Assembly (NCBI GenBank): GCA_051294905.1
Contig: CM119371.1
Coordinates: 14,076,001 to 14,140,000, forward strand
Direction: 5' to 3'
DNA: 64,000 nucleotides
Source of the DNA: Botryllus schlosseri
Lineage: Eukaryota
In this document: positions 24,296 through 35,618 of the stretch, piece after piece
How the letters are laid out: every line of letters starts with the position of its first letter
Position numbering within the stretch: the first letter of the stretch is position 1
The notes under the pieces: model-generated
What the model saw: the letters and a program-made list of their open reading frames with translations, nothing else
What the model was told of the DNA's origin: nothing
Databases searched by the model: none
Translations under genes and position numbers: made by a program

Positions 24296-26838
24296 CAGTG
24301 CTCTTCAACCGGGGTGGTCGTACACCCTAGGGTGTACCAGAATTTGCAAAGGGTGTACCACTCGGATGGGGTGTACAGGGGTGTACCAGATCCGAATTAC
24401 AATGATCCGATGGCTAGCTATCACAAAGGCAGGTTTATGGGTCAGTACGGGTTGACGCACAGGTTAATGAGCAATATGGTACGATGTTATCTCAAAGGTA
24501 ATACTCGGGGATATCTAGAACTCCTAGACTTCTAGATATCCCTGGGTAATACTGTACACCGCTTGATTGTGATGTCTTAGCAAATATTTCTCCTATTCAT
24601 TTAGCCGTCGGCAATAGACCAATGGTTCCGTTTGGTGTTGGAAAGTATGCAGTTAACAAACATGTGTTCAGCTATAGCAGGGGTGGGCAATTATTTTACT
24701 CCGCGGGCCAAATGAGAAGTAGAAAATACGTTGGCGGGCCGAGTGGAAATTTTTAGCAATATTATCCAGTGTGTTTCAATTTCTAAATTATATTGTTAAT
24801 ATATGCTGCTCAGTGTTGATGATAGCTAATGAGAAAGTGGCGGTTAATTAATGAAATAGCTATCTGCCGTCATGATTCGAAACAATGTTAAATATGACAC
24901 GTTTTTAACTCTTTTTAAACCCCTATCGACGTTCTTCTATTAAGACACTAAAACAGTGGTTCTCGAACTTATTTTAGGAACGCTCCGCTTCATGATAGTG
25001 AAAATGTTCACGCCCAATCCAACGGATGGTTTAATGCCATGGAAGGTTATAGTTGTTGATGAGGGAATTCTATAATATCAAATTTGAACAATACACAGAG
25101 CAATAACTATACTATGAGCTCGGAGTAAATCGCGCCGGGCGCGAAAAAAATACATTCAACTCCGGCTTCGCGCCTCCCTTCAGATGCTTTCGCGGCCCCA
25201 AATTCGAGAGCCACTGCACTGAAATGTATATTGGATAGTACAAAGCTTGGTCGCTTTGGTCGCTGTATTCCGAGTAGTGTGCAGCTCGAATAGCCTCGAT
25301 GTTGAGCGAAGTTTGCAGTTTTCCTGAAGTTCGCCCCTCTGGACCGAGAGATTTGTGTTTTTGTCATAATTCAAACCCTTACTTCCGCCGACATGATTGG
25401 CAAAAACTAAAATGACGGGTCTACCCCCTAACTCCAGTATACAAATATTAGTGCGCTAAATCCTCTATGAATTTCAGCTTTCGATTTCCTCTTTTTGACA
25501 TGAACTTTCATCCTTTATGGGTGATAGACATTAGGTATGATGATGATGATGATGAGTCATATAGCAGTCGCGAGCACTGATTGACTGGTTTTACCAACTA
25601 CAGATTTGGAAACGCCTCACGTTACGATTTGAAACTCGTACCGTATAATGCGTAATGTGACAATCGCAACTAAGAAGGTTTGACCTAAACTATGGAAAGA
25701 GTGATTTCTTATGGATTTAATTGTTGCTCATACTTTGCCACAGTGCCTTTATTTTGAATCTGGAGTATACGCATGAAAGGTATGTAGGAAGCGTAGTCGT
25801 GACATATTAATGAACAGGCTTCAAAGCAAACGAATCGTCTGTTTAGTTGATACAGCCTAAATTTTAGTCCACGCATCATCATTAAAAAAGCAGGATGGCT
25901 TCGCGGGCCGCACTTTGCCCAGGTCTGAGCTATAGTCATTTGTCTTTAAGTGATTTTTGAGGAAACCGCCGCGATAGCTCAGACTTCTTGAATCGGTACT
26001 TCCTACCCGGCGTTAATAAATACCGCAATGCACATGAATGAAGTGACGTAGCCAGCCAGGGTCGAAACAGCTTCCATGTTGAAATCGAAACCCTTTTGTT
26101 TTAAAATGCCGATTTTATATCCAATCTTTCGCCATACATTTGCAATTTAGTATTATGTTATTAGTGATGCCAATTAGCGACAATAGACTGTGTATAGCGG
26201 CATACGATCTGAGGTTACTGACATCTCTTCCAGCCCATGTGCTACTATCGACTGTGTGTGGTGTGAGGCAGGCCTGATACGCAGTAGGCTGGTGCGCCTG
26301 CTATCATCGCTGATATGAATTACCGCTTCTGCAGCAGTAGCTTTACTTACTTTTTCCCAATACTGTTAAATTTAGGTTGATTATCGTTCGTAATGTCATG
26401 CTGTTTTGGGGCTGACACGAAATAAATTCCAATTTGCGTGGCGGGCGGCCTAACTGGCTGCGAATAAACTCTGTGACCAAATACTATTTTATTCAAATCC
26501 AATTTTTTTGACGGCAATAACTCCGCTTCTACTGGTTGGAATTGAATCAAATTTGAAGAACATCATTTTTATAGACAACAGAAAAATTTCCCATTTTTCG
26601 TTATTTATTTTTATATAATAAATAGAAACTTTCTTCTCCCGTAGCCATGCGGCTACTGGTTGGAATTGAACCAAATTTGGTGTGCAGGCTTAAGTTAGGT
26701 AACCTAACAATTTTATCAAGTAGCCAGTGCGATTTGAGGAAAAAAGTCATTTTTGAAGACCCCTAATGAACAGGGGTGTACGAGTTTTGAGCAAACGTTA
26801 AAAGGGTGTACCACGTCGAAAAAGGTTGAAGAGCACTG
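24296..26838 (+). mobile_element. Buster-type non-autonomous hAT, copy 1, with nested MITEs 24678-25927 and 24954-25216
   Basis: TIR cagtgctcttcaacc, TSD CCCTACGC; nested TSDs AGCTATAG and cactaaaa/cactgaaa. Confidence 0.92.
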
Positions 26839-27089
26839 CCCTACGCAACAAGCGGGCTAAGGCAATCGATATCATAATAATCTGACATATCCAATGTAGA
26901 CTACTTAGACGTAGCCTACATATCTCTATCAGCTGAAGGATATTGCGCGAAAATTGGTAGGGCCCTAATACATTCCGTGGACCCAGTTCTACCCTTACAA
27001 GTCAAGGAAGGGCTGGTGTGTGCTCGCTTGTACCGAAACGCATAGAAAAAGTATCAACAGCGCAGCGTTTCTCTGTGGCGCGTTTGCAC

Positions 27090-27678
27090 TATAGAAATTA
27101 AACATGGAACGGCAACGACCGATTTTGCAGCTTCGTTCCGCTTCGCAGAGGCTGGAGAGGAGAGTGGTTTTGCGTAAGCGACTGTAGGATTTCTGGCAAT
27201 CCAAAAGCTATCTTCCCAAGCCCAGAAATTATTGAATCTGGTCTTGATCGAAAGCTACTGTTGCACCGATTCCGAAAATATAAATTTAAATAATGATCAG
27301 GCACTGATCCACTAGAATCTGTCCTCCAAGTCTGAAATATCGGCATTGTTCAGAACAATCGGGTAACCGCAACACAATGACCGTAACAATGACCCGTTGC
27401 GACTCTCCGATTGTTCGAACAATGCCGATATTTCGACTTTGAGGACGGATTCTAGGTGGATCAGTGCCTGATCATTATTTTAATTTATATTTTCGGAATC
27501 GGTGCAACAGTGGCTTTCGATCAAGACCATATTTAATAATTTCTGTGCTCGGGAAGATAGCTTTTGGATTGCCAGAAATCCTACAGTCGCTTACGCAAAA
27601 CCACTCTCCACTCCAGCCTCGGCGGAGCGGAACGAAGCGGCAAAATCGGTCGTTGCCGTTCCATGTTTAATTTCTATA
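27090..27678. mobile_element. Foldback MITE (near-complete palindrome) with 7-bp TSD
   Basis: Arms of about 270 bp starting TATAGAAATTAAACATGGAACGG, TSD TTTGCAC. The empty site is visible in the opposite arm of the host element (about 23150). Confidence 0.9.
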
Positions 27679-28429
27679 TTTGCACATTGCTATTGCCGCG
27701 ACGTCAGCTGATCCCACTCTCGCCGCTCGACCGCATCCTTGCTCTTGAGCTAGTCTCTCGTTTCGCCAGACATCATTGTTGCGTCACACTGCCAATCTAC
27801 TCGACAATGAATAATTTGGGGCAGATTGTGGGGGTTCCAGGACCATGAGTGGAATAAAATTTATATTTTCGCAAGCAGTACAGCGTCAGCTTTCGATTGA
27901 TACCCGATTCATCAAATTTAATGCTCGGCAAGTCGGTCAAAAATCACCGTCAAATTGCCTGTAACCAAATGGAAACTGTGACGTGATACAATTTCATTGA
28001 ACCGTGCGATTTGCTTGTGTCGACACCATATAGGACACTATGGTCTGTCGACGGGATTGGTCTTGGGTTGGAGTGAGCGCTGAGTACGGTAGTAAGTTGC
28101 TGCTTTTTAATTAAATGTTACTAAGATAATACGACTGGAGTCTGTGGCTGCATAAAGCGCAAATCAGCAGTATATGAAGGAATCGGACTATTGAACCAGA
28201 CCAGGAAAGGGACGCTACAAATTTGGCGAGCACGCTAGGACATACTGTACTGATTTGTGCTATTGGAATAACGGCGACGCTACGGTACCGAAAGGATGAC
28301 AAAAACCAGAAGTAGAAAGACCAAGCGCGAATCTATTGAGAAGTATGAGGCAAACGATCAGGAAAGTGAAGAACAATATTCTGCCTTCGTCAGTAGAGCA
28401 GTGGGGGAATTGAAGGAATATCTAAACAG

Positions 28430-31400
28430 CAGTGGCGGCTCGTGACAATATCGGGTGGTGGGGCAAGGGCCGCAAGCGACTTGTTATCAATATGACAGTA
28501 GCGTTTTTCAACGTTCATGATGACCACATGAATTTCCCGTAAACAATGATTTTTAACGTAGGTGCCGCGAGAGGTTTGCCGGTGGCGTGACTTGAAGTGC
28601 GGTAACAAATGTTTTATTCATTGTTTTTTATTCAAATGATTATTTTACAAAATGTACGCGAACTAAGAATCGTTCCCATGCCACGAATCAATCATCAGGT
28701 TATCCTTAGTAGCATGCGTTATGATTTCGTGGTAGAGATTACGCAAGCGCCGAGTAAGACTATACCAAAAATACACAGACCAACTACCTACAAAGAGCAT
28801 TCGCATGACACCTTGTGGTGTTTTAATCGTTCCATGCTCAGCAATTCTGTAAAGTGCTGCAGCGCCTCCGACCCGATTTGTATATGGATTCTCGTCCCGA
28901 AAGCGAGTCAAATCGATTTGCCCTCGTCCGAAAGTGTTTGGTACACGATCCTGATGCGTTACGACCAGGGGATAGGCAATCAAAGCGGTGGCACCCATAA
29001 ACGTAAAACATTATAAAAAGCCAGCTGTTATCCATGGAAGATTAATTACGAGTTTGCCTGCCATCATTCAAGCAGGAATCAAAGCATTGTGTTAAATTGA
29101 AATGCGAGCACATATCGCATTAAACAATTTCATGAATAAATTATTTCATCTTGATGAATTTTTCACTTTTTTTCCATAGCCATAACAAAATATATCGGTA
29201 AATTAACTGTCAGTGTGCCTCGAGTAATAAGGATGAAAACCACTCACTTTTCCTTAGCCATAGACATGGTTGAGTTACCTGGGCTCACTTGATTGAAATT
29301 ATTCGGAAAGAACATGATGTGTACAGTCGTCCGCCCACCAGCATTAATTTATGTCTTGTATAAGTATTGTGCGCGACGTGATTTCTTATTAGCAAAATGT
29401 TCAATAACGAGTTTATTGAAATCTGGAATTCCCAGAACCACGTCGTTGTGAATCGAGAGAACAGCCAACGCATTAAGCCTATCTTGGCCCATCCTGTTTC
29501 TGAGAAAGGTCTTGATACGTTTCAATGTGCTGAAACTGCGCTCGGATTCCGCGGATGAAATCGGGGTGGTCAAAATGATATTCAGAAAGCTAGTTACTGT
29601 AGCAAAGTTGATCGAAAGCGAATTTTCAACTAGGAATTTTGAAAGTTCACTAGTGGTTTTAATTTCCGAAAAGGATGTGTTAGAATACAAACAAGTCAAC
29701 TCGCTCTCCAACCGAGCAATGTCGATCATCGGGTAATAACGAGGCACGCTGCGCAGTAGTCCAGAAGGAAAATGAATTTTGTAGGCAGGGAAATTTCTCG
29801 GATTTAACAGGGCGAAAGTAACCAACTGGTCACTATTCAGACGATGTTGGATTTGGGACATCAGTATATCGCAACATTCGTAAGCCGCAACAAGCAGGTT
29901 TTGCACACTTATCCCACGACGTAAAAGCGCTGTGTCACCAGCGAAGTGTACATTCGCCCGGATATGCGAAATTGCCTCACAAAAATGTGCAATACACAAT
30001 TGCGCAGTAGTACCATCGGCCATACGCGACTGAAAAGTGCTGTACAGTGTATCGACGTGCATGAAGATGTCACAAAAAAGCTTCAAAAAGAACAAAAATT
30101 CTTCGTCTTCCAGAAGTCGTTTAAGCCCCGCCGCTTCACGTATGGAAGTATCATCCCAGACAGGAGAGCTCTCAATCACTGAGAAGCATTCCAGAAGCTC
30201 CACCCTACTCTCTGACACTCGTTGCACAACTCTGGATTGGAAGTTCCACCGTGTTGATACGCATCTAGGTAACCGGTGCTTGCATATGTCGCGCAATAGA
30301 TCAGATCGCTTTGGCGAAACAGAGAAAAAGGAGGAGAACCCTGAAAGATTTGCAAAGAATATCTTGACAGAAGATATTCCTAAGCACATTTTTTTCACTA
30401 CAAGATTGAGCTGATGCGCGTAGCAATGCAAAAAATGCGCATGCGGGTAAACTTCTTTCATTAAAACTTGTACGCTATGTCGCGATCCGCTCATGACTGC
30501 TGCGCCGTCGTAGGTTTGCGCAATAAGTTTCGACTCAACTGAATAGGGCTGTAATGTTTTTTTTAATACGTAAGAAATTCCGACAGCAGTGCGACCGTCA
30601 ACAGCCACAAAGCTGTGGAATCGTTCGACTGGCATACCAAATTTCGTGAACCGAAAAATCACGACTAGTTGTGACAAACACGTAATGTCAGTTGTTTCGT
30701 CAGACTGAATAGATAGAAATTCAGCGTCAACAATCTCGGTAAACAAATGCTGCAGATAGATGTGATATGTCGAATCAAGCACATCATTTTGAATAGTCTT
30801 TGAGGTACCCTTAGCTACTGTCGCGGTGTCGAGATGTTCGCGCAAAATGCTATCAATGGAAGCCGTGTATTTAATTAGATCCAAAAATACCCCCCTATTG
30901 AGAGAGCATTCCTTCTCATCGTGGCCTCGAAGGGGCAATTCATGAACTCCAATAAATTTAATGGCATCAATCACCCGAGAGAGAACATGCCTATTCTTAT
31001 CTACAAGCTCATTGTGCTTGCAGACTGATACGCGATAACTTTCATTGAGCTGCGACATTACATTTACTCTGCCAAACAATTTATATTTAACTGCACTAGC
31101 CATGTGCACTTGGGATTTTTGGTGCGTTTTCAGACGCTCTGACAAATGCTTCAGATCGCGATAACCAATTTTGTTCCAACAAGAGCCACTGCTTCCGGTA
31201 CCGGCACTGTCGAATAAAAGACAGTAAAAGCAAAACAAGGCGTTTTTATCCTCGCCATAAGTAAGCCATTCATTTTTATCGAAATGCGCTGAAGAAAAGG
31301 TATTTCGCTTTCCTCCGGCGTACGATTGGATCAATGGGCAATTTCTAGGCTGATACGGACCTAGTCGCTTTACCTCTAATTTTTGCTCTAAAGGCAGCTG

Positions 31401-32979
31401 GCTAAACGGCGTACGGAGCAAAGATTCAACACGATTCATGTTCGCACTTGACGTGACTACTTATCTGCAGAAATGGAAATGACTATAAATCGAGAGATTG
31501 CGTATGCCTAACTGGAAAGGTCAACGAGTTCGGACACATACGCAATTGTTATCTCATAGATTGGACAAGGAAATGTCATATTGAATCCAAAACATCATTC
31601 TGAAGAACTACGGATAGCAGCCTCGGAAATTCGGTCCCGGTACAGCTTGGGAGATTCTGGCCTTGAGGCTGGAGACTGTCACACGACACATACGGCTTAC
31701 GGTCTATAGTGTCTATATGTCTGCTGCAAAATCGCCTTCGGAAAATATATTACCGAATAAATACGTGGATGAAAGCCGAAAACTTGGTACACTGTTACAT
31801 GAAATCATCGAGAAGTATAGCCTCATGACCGTTTTCGGTATGGTACACTGTCAAAATTAATACGAACAGATCAACGCCGAATTTTGCGTAATATTTACTG
31901 AGGAATCGGCTGATCAAGCGATCAGCTGTTAGCCGCCATCGAAAACGAAACAGCTATCGCGCTTGACAGGGGTTGTAATTGTGAGCAAATGGCCCGAAGG
32001 CCACCATTCCACGGTGAAATTGACATTGGAGAATATAAAATAAAACTAAATATTTGAATGCACACCGAGGATGTTAGTAAACTGTTTCATGATATCATCA
32101 TCTCATCACCTATCTCAGTATGGAACACAGATACACCGGCTTTTGCGTGAAATCCGCAATGCGTTAGGTAGGCTAAGTGTCAGATCAGCGCACATCTCTA
32201 CCATACTCGAACTTAATAACGAAATTGCTGCCCTAATCATTGAGTGTCAACCTTGAGACTTGGCACAGCGTTCGATACTAAAATCAAGACATACCATGTA
32301 AAAGTTCATGACGGATCTAGCTAAGGAGCATCGTTAAAATCAATGGAGACCAATACCGGCTTTGCGTGAAATATGTTTGCGATACATGACCGATCAGCAC
32401 ACACTCGACTTTGGAAACGGAATTACTACCCTAAACTTTGAGTAGAAACCCTGAAACTTAGGACAGTGTTAAATACCACCTTCACGACATGACATACCAA
32501 GTTTCAAGAATTATCATGGTGTGAAACACCATCAAAATCGACCTGTACCAGCAACGGTCGACTCAACGCATATCACGGTATCCGAGTTCAGATATAGATA
32601 CGATTGTTACATCACACCTTAGGGGCGAGCAAGCATATTTGCCCCGGTTGCTCGGCCATTTTACGAATAGGAGAGAGTAAAGCAACGTTTCTTAATTGTG
32701 CGCAGCTTTGAGAGAATAGATAGTGAAAGCTTGTTATGAGCGCTACCGGGGCAAGCCCCGGCTAGGCATTCACAAAGCGAAAACACAGAAGAGAATTCGA
32801 TTTTCGCGGAGACTTCGCTATGTATGGGCATTTGCAAGCGAAAGCACAAGAAGAACGCGGGTTTCGCTGTGATCTCGATATATATTGAGCGCTGTGCGTC
32901 TATAAATGGTTAAATTGTTATTGAACAGAATTTTAGGTGGGGCAATGCCCCAGTTGCCCTATAGGACGAGCCGCCACTG
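28430..32979 (-). mobile_element. Apparently autonomous hAT DNA transposon inserted in gag
   Basis: 14-bp perfect TIR CAGTGGCGGCTCGT, perfect TSD CTAAACAG and an uninterrupted transposase ORF. Confidence 0.95.
29349..31439 (-). CDS. hAT transposase, ZMYM1-like (TTF-type Zn finger, DUF4371-like region, C-terminal dimerisation domain), 696 aa
   Basis: Motifs LFCFYCLLF, LRGHDE, DETTD, YDGAAVMSG, HCYAHQLNL, TRWN, ERSFSTLKRIKTFLRNRMGQDRLNAL. Confidence 0.95.
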   Translation of the reverse strand: MNRVESLLRTPFSQLPLEQKLEVKRLGPYQPRNCPLIQSYAGGKRNTFSSAHFDKNEWLTYGEDKNALFCFYCLLFDSAGTGSSGSCWNKIGYRDLKHLSERLKTHQKSQVHMASAVKYKLFGRVNVMSQLNESYRVSVCKHNELVDKNRHVLSRVIDAIKFIGVHELPLRGHDEKECSLNRGVFLDLIKYTASIDSILREHLDTATVAKGTSKTIQNDVLDSTYHIYLQHLFTEIVDAEFLSIQSDETTDITCLSQLVVIFRFTKFGMPVERFHSFVAVDGRTAVGISYVLKKTLQPYSVESKLIAQTYDGAAVMSGSRHSVQVLMKEVYPHAHFLHCYAHQLNLVVKKMCLGISSVKIFFANLSGFSSFFSVSPKRSDLLRDICKHRLPRCVSTRWNFQSRVVQRVSESRVELLECFSVIESSPVWDDTSIREAAGLKRLLEDEEFLFFLKLFCDIFMHVDTLYSTFQSRMADGTTAQLCIAHFCEAISHIRANVHFAGDTALLRRGISVQNLLVAAYECCDILMSQIQHRLNSDQLVTFALLNPRNFPAYKIHFPSGLLRSVPRYYPMIDIARLESELTCLYSNTSFSEIKTTSELSKFLVENSLSINFATVTSFLNIILTTPISSAESERSFSTLKRIKTFLRNRMGQDRLNALAVLSIHNDVVLGIPDFNKLVIEHFANKKSRRAQYLYKT

Positions 32980-33712
32980 CTAAACAGAAAGATTGCACTA
33001 CAGGAAGAAAGGCTGTTAAAAACGGAAGCTCGACTGAGTAATAGAATTGATGGTCTTGAACAAGGACTAGCCGAGATTATGACTTTTATTCGGACGGTAA
33101 CCGGCGCTACACTGCCAGCTCAACCTGCCGCTGCGACTACTGAACGTGAGTCGGTTGAGCAAGAACAGGAAATTGTGACCTCGTCAGAGCCGTTTGTTGA
33201 AAAATTCCCGGAACCAGTCAGTCCATCATCAGGAAAGTCAGCCGTAAGTGATGGTATTTCTACGCCGAGAAATTTAGCCCCAGTCATGGAGCAACATTTG
33301 ACCAATAATTCTGGTCGTTATAGACCTAAACGGCCTCAACCGTTTGACGGAACTAGCTCTTGGAATAGTTATATATGCCATTTTGAAGCGGTGGCCGATT
33401 ATAACAGATGGGATGACTATGAAAAGGGCTACGAATTAGCAACTTGTATGCTAGGGCAAGCTCTTGACTTACTCTCTGAACTAGCACCGTCAGATCGGAA
33501 CAATTATGCGATAGTCGTGTCGCATATGCAGAATTTCTTCAATCCCACTGGGGGTGAAATGGCCTACCGGGCAATGTTTGACAATAGGGTACGGAACAAT
33601 GCCGAAACTCCCATGGAGTATGGAGCCGCTTTAAAGTTACTGGCAACAAAAGCATTTCCATCGCTGGATTTGCCTGGGCGGGACGTGATGTTGAAGACGC
33701 AATTTTTTAGGG

Positions 33713-35023
33713 CAGTGGTTCCCAAACGGTGGGGAATTCCCCACTGGTGGGGAATTCAATGATTTCTGGTGGGGAATAGACGCATTTGTTCAAAATTATA
33801 TACAGGACAGTCTACATATTCACAGAGACACATACGCAATTACCGTTACCATTTAACTGCTCTGGAATGTATGTATCGAAAATTACATCACGTGTTGTTC
33901 AAAAACCTCATTTTAAACTCCGGATGGCCAATCATGCCGTTACAAACGCATCCAGCACGACTAGTTTGACGTGAAATAACGCTTTCGCGAAATATTGAGC
34001 GTTACTGGTATCGGTTCAAAATACGTTTTATGTTGCAGTTAAAGACGATTGTCTTGCGTACTGGTGTGGTTGTGTCTTCTGCAGTCAAACCAGCAGATAG
34101 CTGCTCTGTGATGACAAAATTTATGGGTAGTGTGGAGCAGGACCGTAACTGCCGCCCATGGGGGGGGGGGGCGAGCTCGAAGAGGCCCAAAATTATTTCG
34201 TTAATTAACATAAATTAAAGTACTTATTTGGAAATTTATGCCACTTCATCAAAAATTTTTCGCGCTGGTGGCGCGATTTAATATTGCCGAATATCTAATT
34301 ATTCGGTACCCTTCCCCCACGAAAATACGTAGAATTTATAGAAATCGAGACTTCGGCGTCGGCCATTACTGCGCCACGTCGGCCATGTAACATGTACTTC
34401 CGAGAAGTGTGCCAGAACAATCAGAAGACCTTGGCCGAGAAGGAATGGCCTTGTGGTGACCGAAAACTTCGATATATATACAATATACATATATGCTTAA
34501 TTGTCCACAGGCGGCTAAATGGCTGGCGCCGAATGTTCCTGTCCTAGCAATCTGAACCCCACAGGGAAAAATTATTTGCAAGTAAAGCAATACCATTTTG
34601 AAATCGTGTGTGCCTTTTAGTTTGGGCGATTTCCATATCTTTTGACATAGCAGATATAGGAGGTCACGAAATAGCATAATGTAATGAAGTCAATACATAC
34701 CAACGGTCCGCCTGAAAATGTTTAATTCTTATTTAGGGGTCCTACCTTTTCCAACACACCTCGCTCAGCTCTACCGGTAAACCCGATTACGTGAGCAGAG
34801 AAGGGATAAAAAATTGATAACAAAATGTATGCGATTCCTGGTCATATTTACCGATTCAAACAAGAACTATATAAATTTTTCGCCTTTCACCCTGTGGAGG
34901 CCCAACATCAACGTTGTTAATGGCGGGGCTATCACGATAAGTGCTGTTACGGTCCTGGTGGGGAATGAAGGCTTGGAATAAATCTGAAGTGGAGAATGAA
35001 GACAAAAAGGTTGGGAACCACTG
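33713..35023. mobile_element. Buster-type MITE in gag, containing part of the cagggccgtaac family
   Basis: TIR cagtggttcccaa, perfect TSD TTTTAGGG. Confidence 0.9.
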
Positions 35024-35456
35024 TTTTAGGGGAATTGCTGACAGCGAAATGCGCAAACTTGTTGCCATGCATGCAGCAGCCGAAGTCATTAGAAGATGCA
35101 ATAGCACTCGCCACTCAATACTATTACCTCGACGCTATGGACAATACTGTTAAGAGAGAGGGCAAGCCGCGTGCTGGCATCGCTTCTGTGACTAGGAACG
35201 AATGTCATTCGTCGTCGGATGAGCCGATTCCCAAGATGGATGATACTCTGAGTGAGCTCAAGGATTTGCTGCTGAAGCTGGTACAACAGAATACGCCGAC
35301 CAAACCTTGTCCGCTATGTAAACAGCATGGTCATTGGGCCAGGCAATGCCCAAATGTACCGCCAGGAGCTCGCCGTTGCTTCAACTGTCATGAAGAAGGG
35401 CACATGAGGAGGGACTGCCCAACACTCGGTGTTACGGTGCCGAACGACCCTGTATC

Positions 35457-35503
35457 AAAAAACGCGATGCAGCAGGCATGAGGTCCTCATCGCCTGCTAC
35501 TGC
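35457..35503 (+). promoter_or_regulatory. -1 programmed ribosomal frameshift signal between gag and pro
   Basis: A AAA AAC in the gag frame (35457-35463), followed after about 7 nt by the hairpin AGCAGGC-ATGAG-gtc-CTCAT-c-GCCTGCT. The pro ORF is in the -1 frame. Confidence 0.8.
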
Positions 35504-35618
35504 GATTGTTGATGATGAAAAGAAAATGGACCTGTTTTTGAGACCATGTATTTCAGCTATCCAGTGGGAAGATAGCTGGTATGCTAAAATTGAGGTGAAT
35601 ACTTAATCGATATGGTTT

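Larger units (their letters stand above)
22793..28042. mobile_element. Galileo/P-superfamily-like foldback element with very long TIRs, inserted in the 5' LTR
   Basis: Ends CATAGTGTCCTATATGGTGTCGACACAAG in inverted orientation, 7-bp TSD GTCTGTC. The arms match for more than 600 bp once nested inserts are removed. Confidence 0.85.
28296..35481 (+). pseudogene. gag: Interrupted gag (28296-28429, 32988-33712, 35032-35481) with two CCHC zinc knuckles
   Basis: Removing the two TSD-bounded insertions restores the frame. It shows capsid-like PQPFDGTSSW and knuckles CPLCKQHGHWARQC and CFNCHEEGHMRRDC; a 4-bp ATGC duplication at 35067-35074 shifts the frame. Confidence 0.9.

Noticed and set aside
26995..27848. 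Mirror-image ORF pairs on both strands
   Set aside because: An artefact of the palindromic MITE 27090-27678.
29512..30414. Antisense ORFs over the hAT transposase
   Set aside because: These are shadow frames of a real coding sequence with no recognisable motifs.
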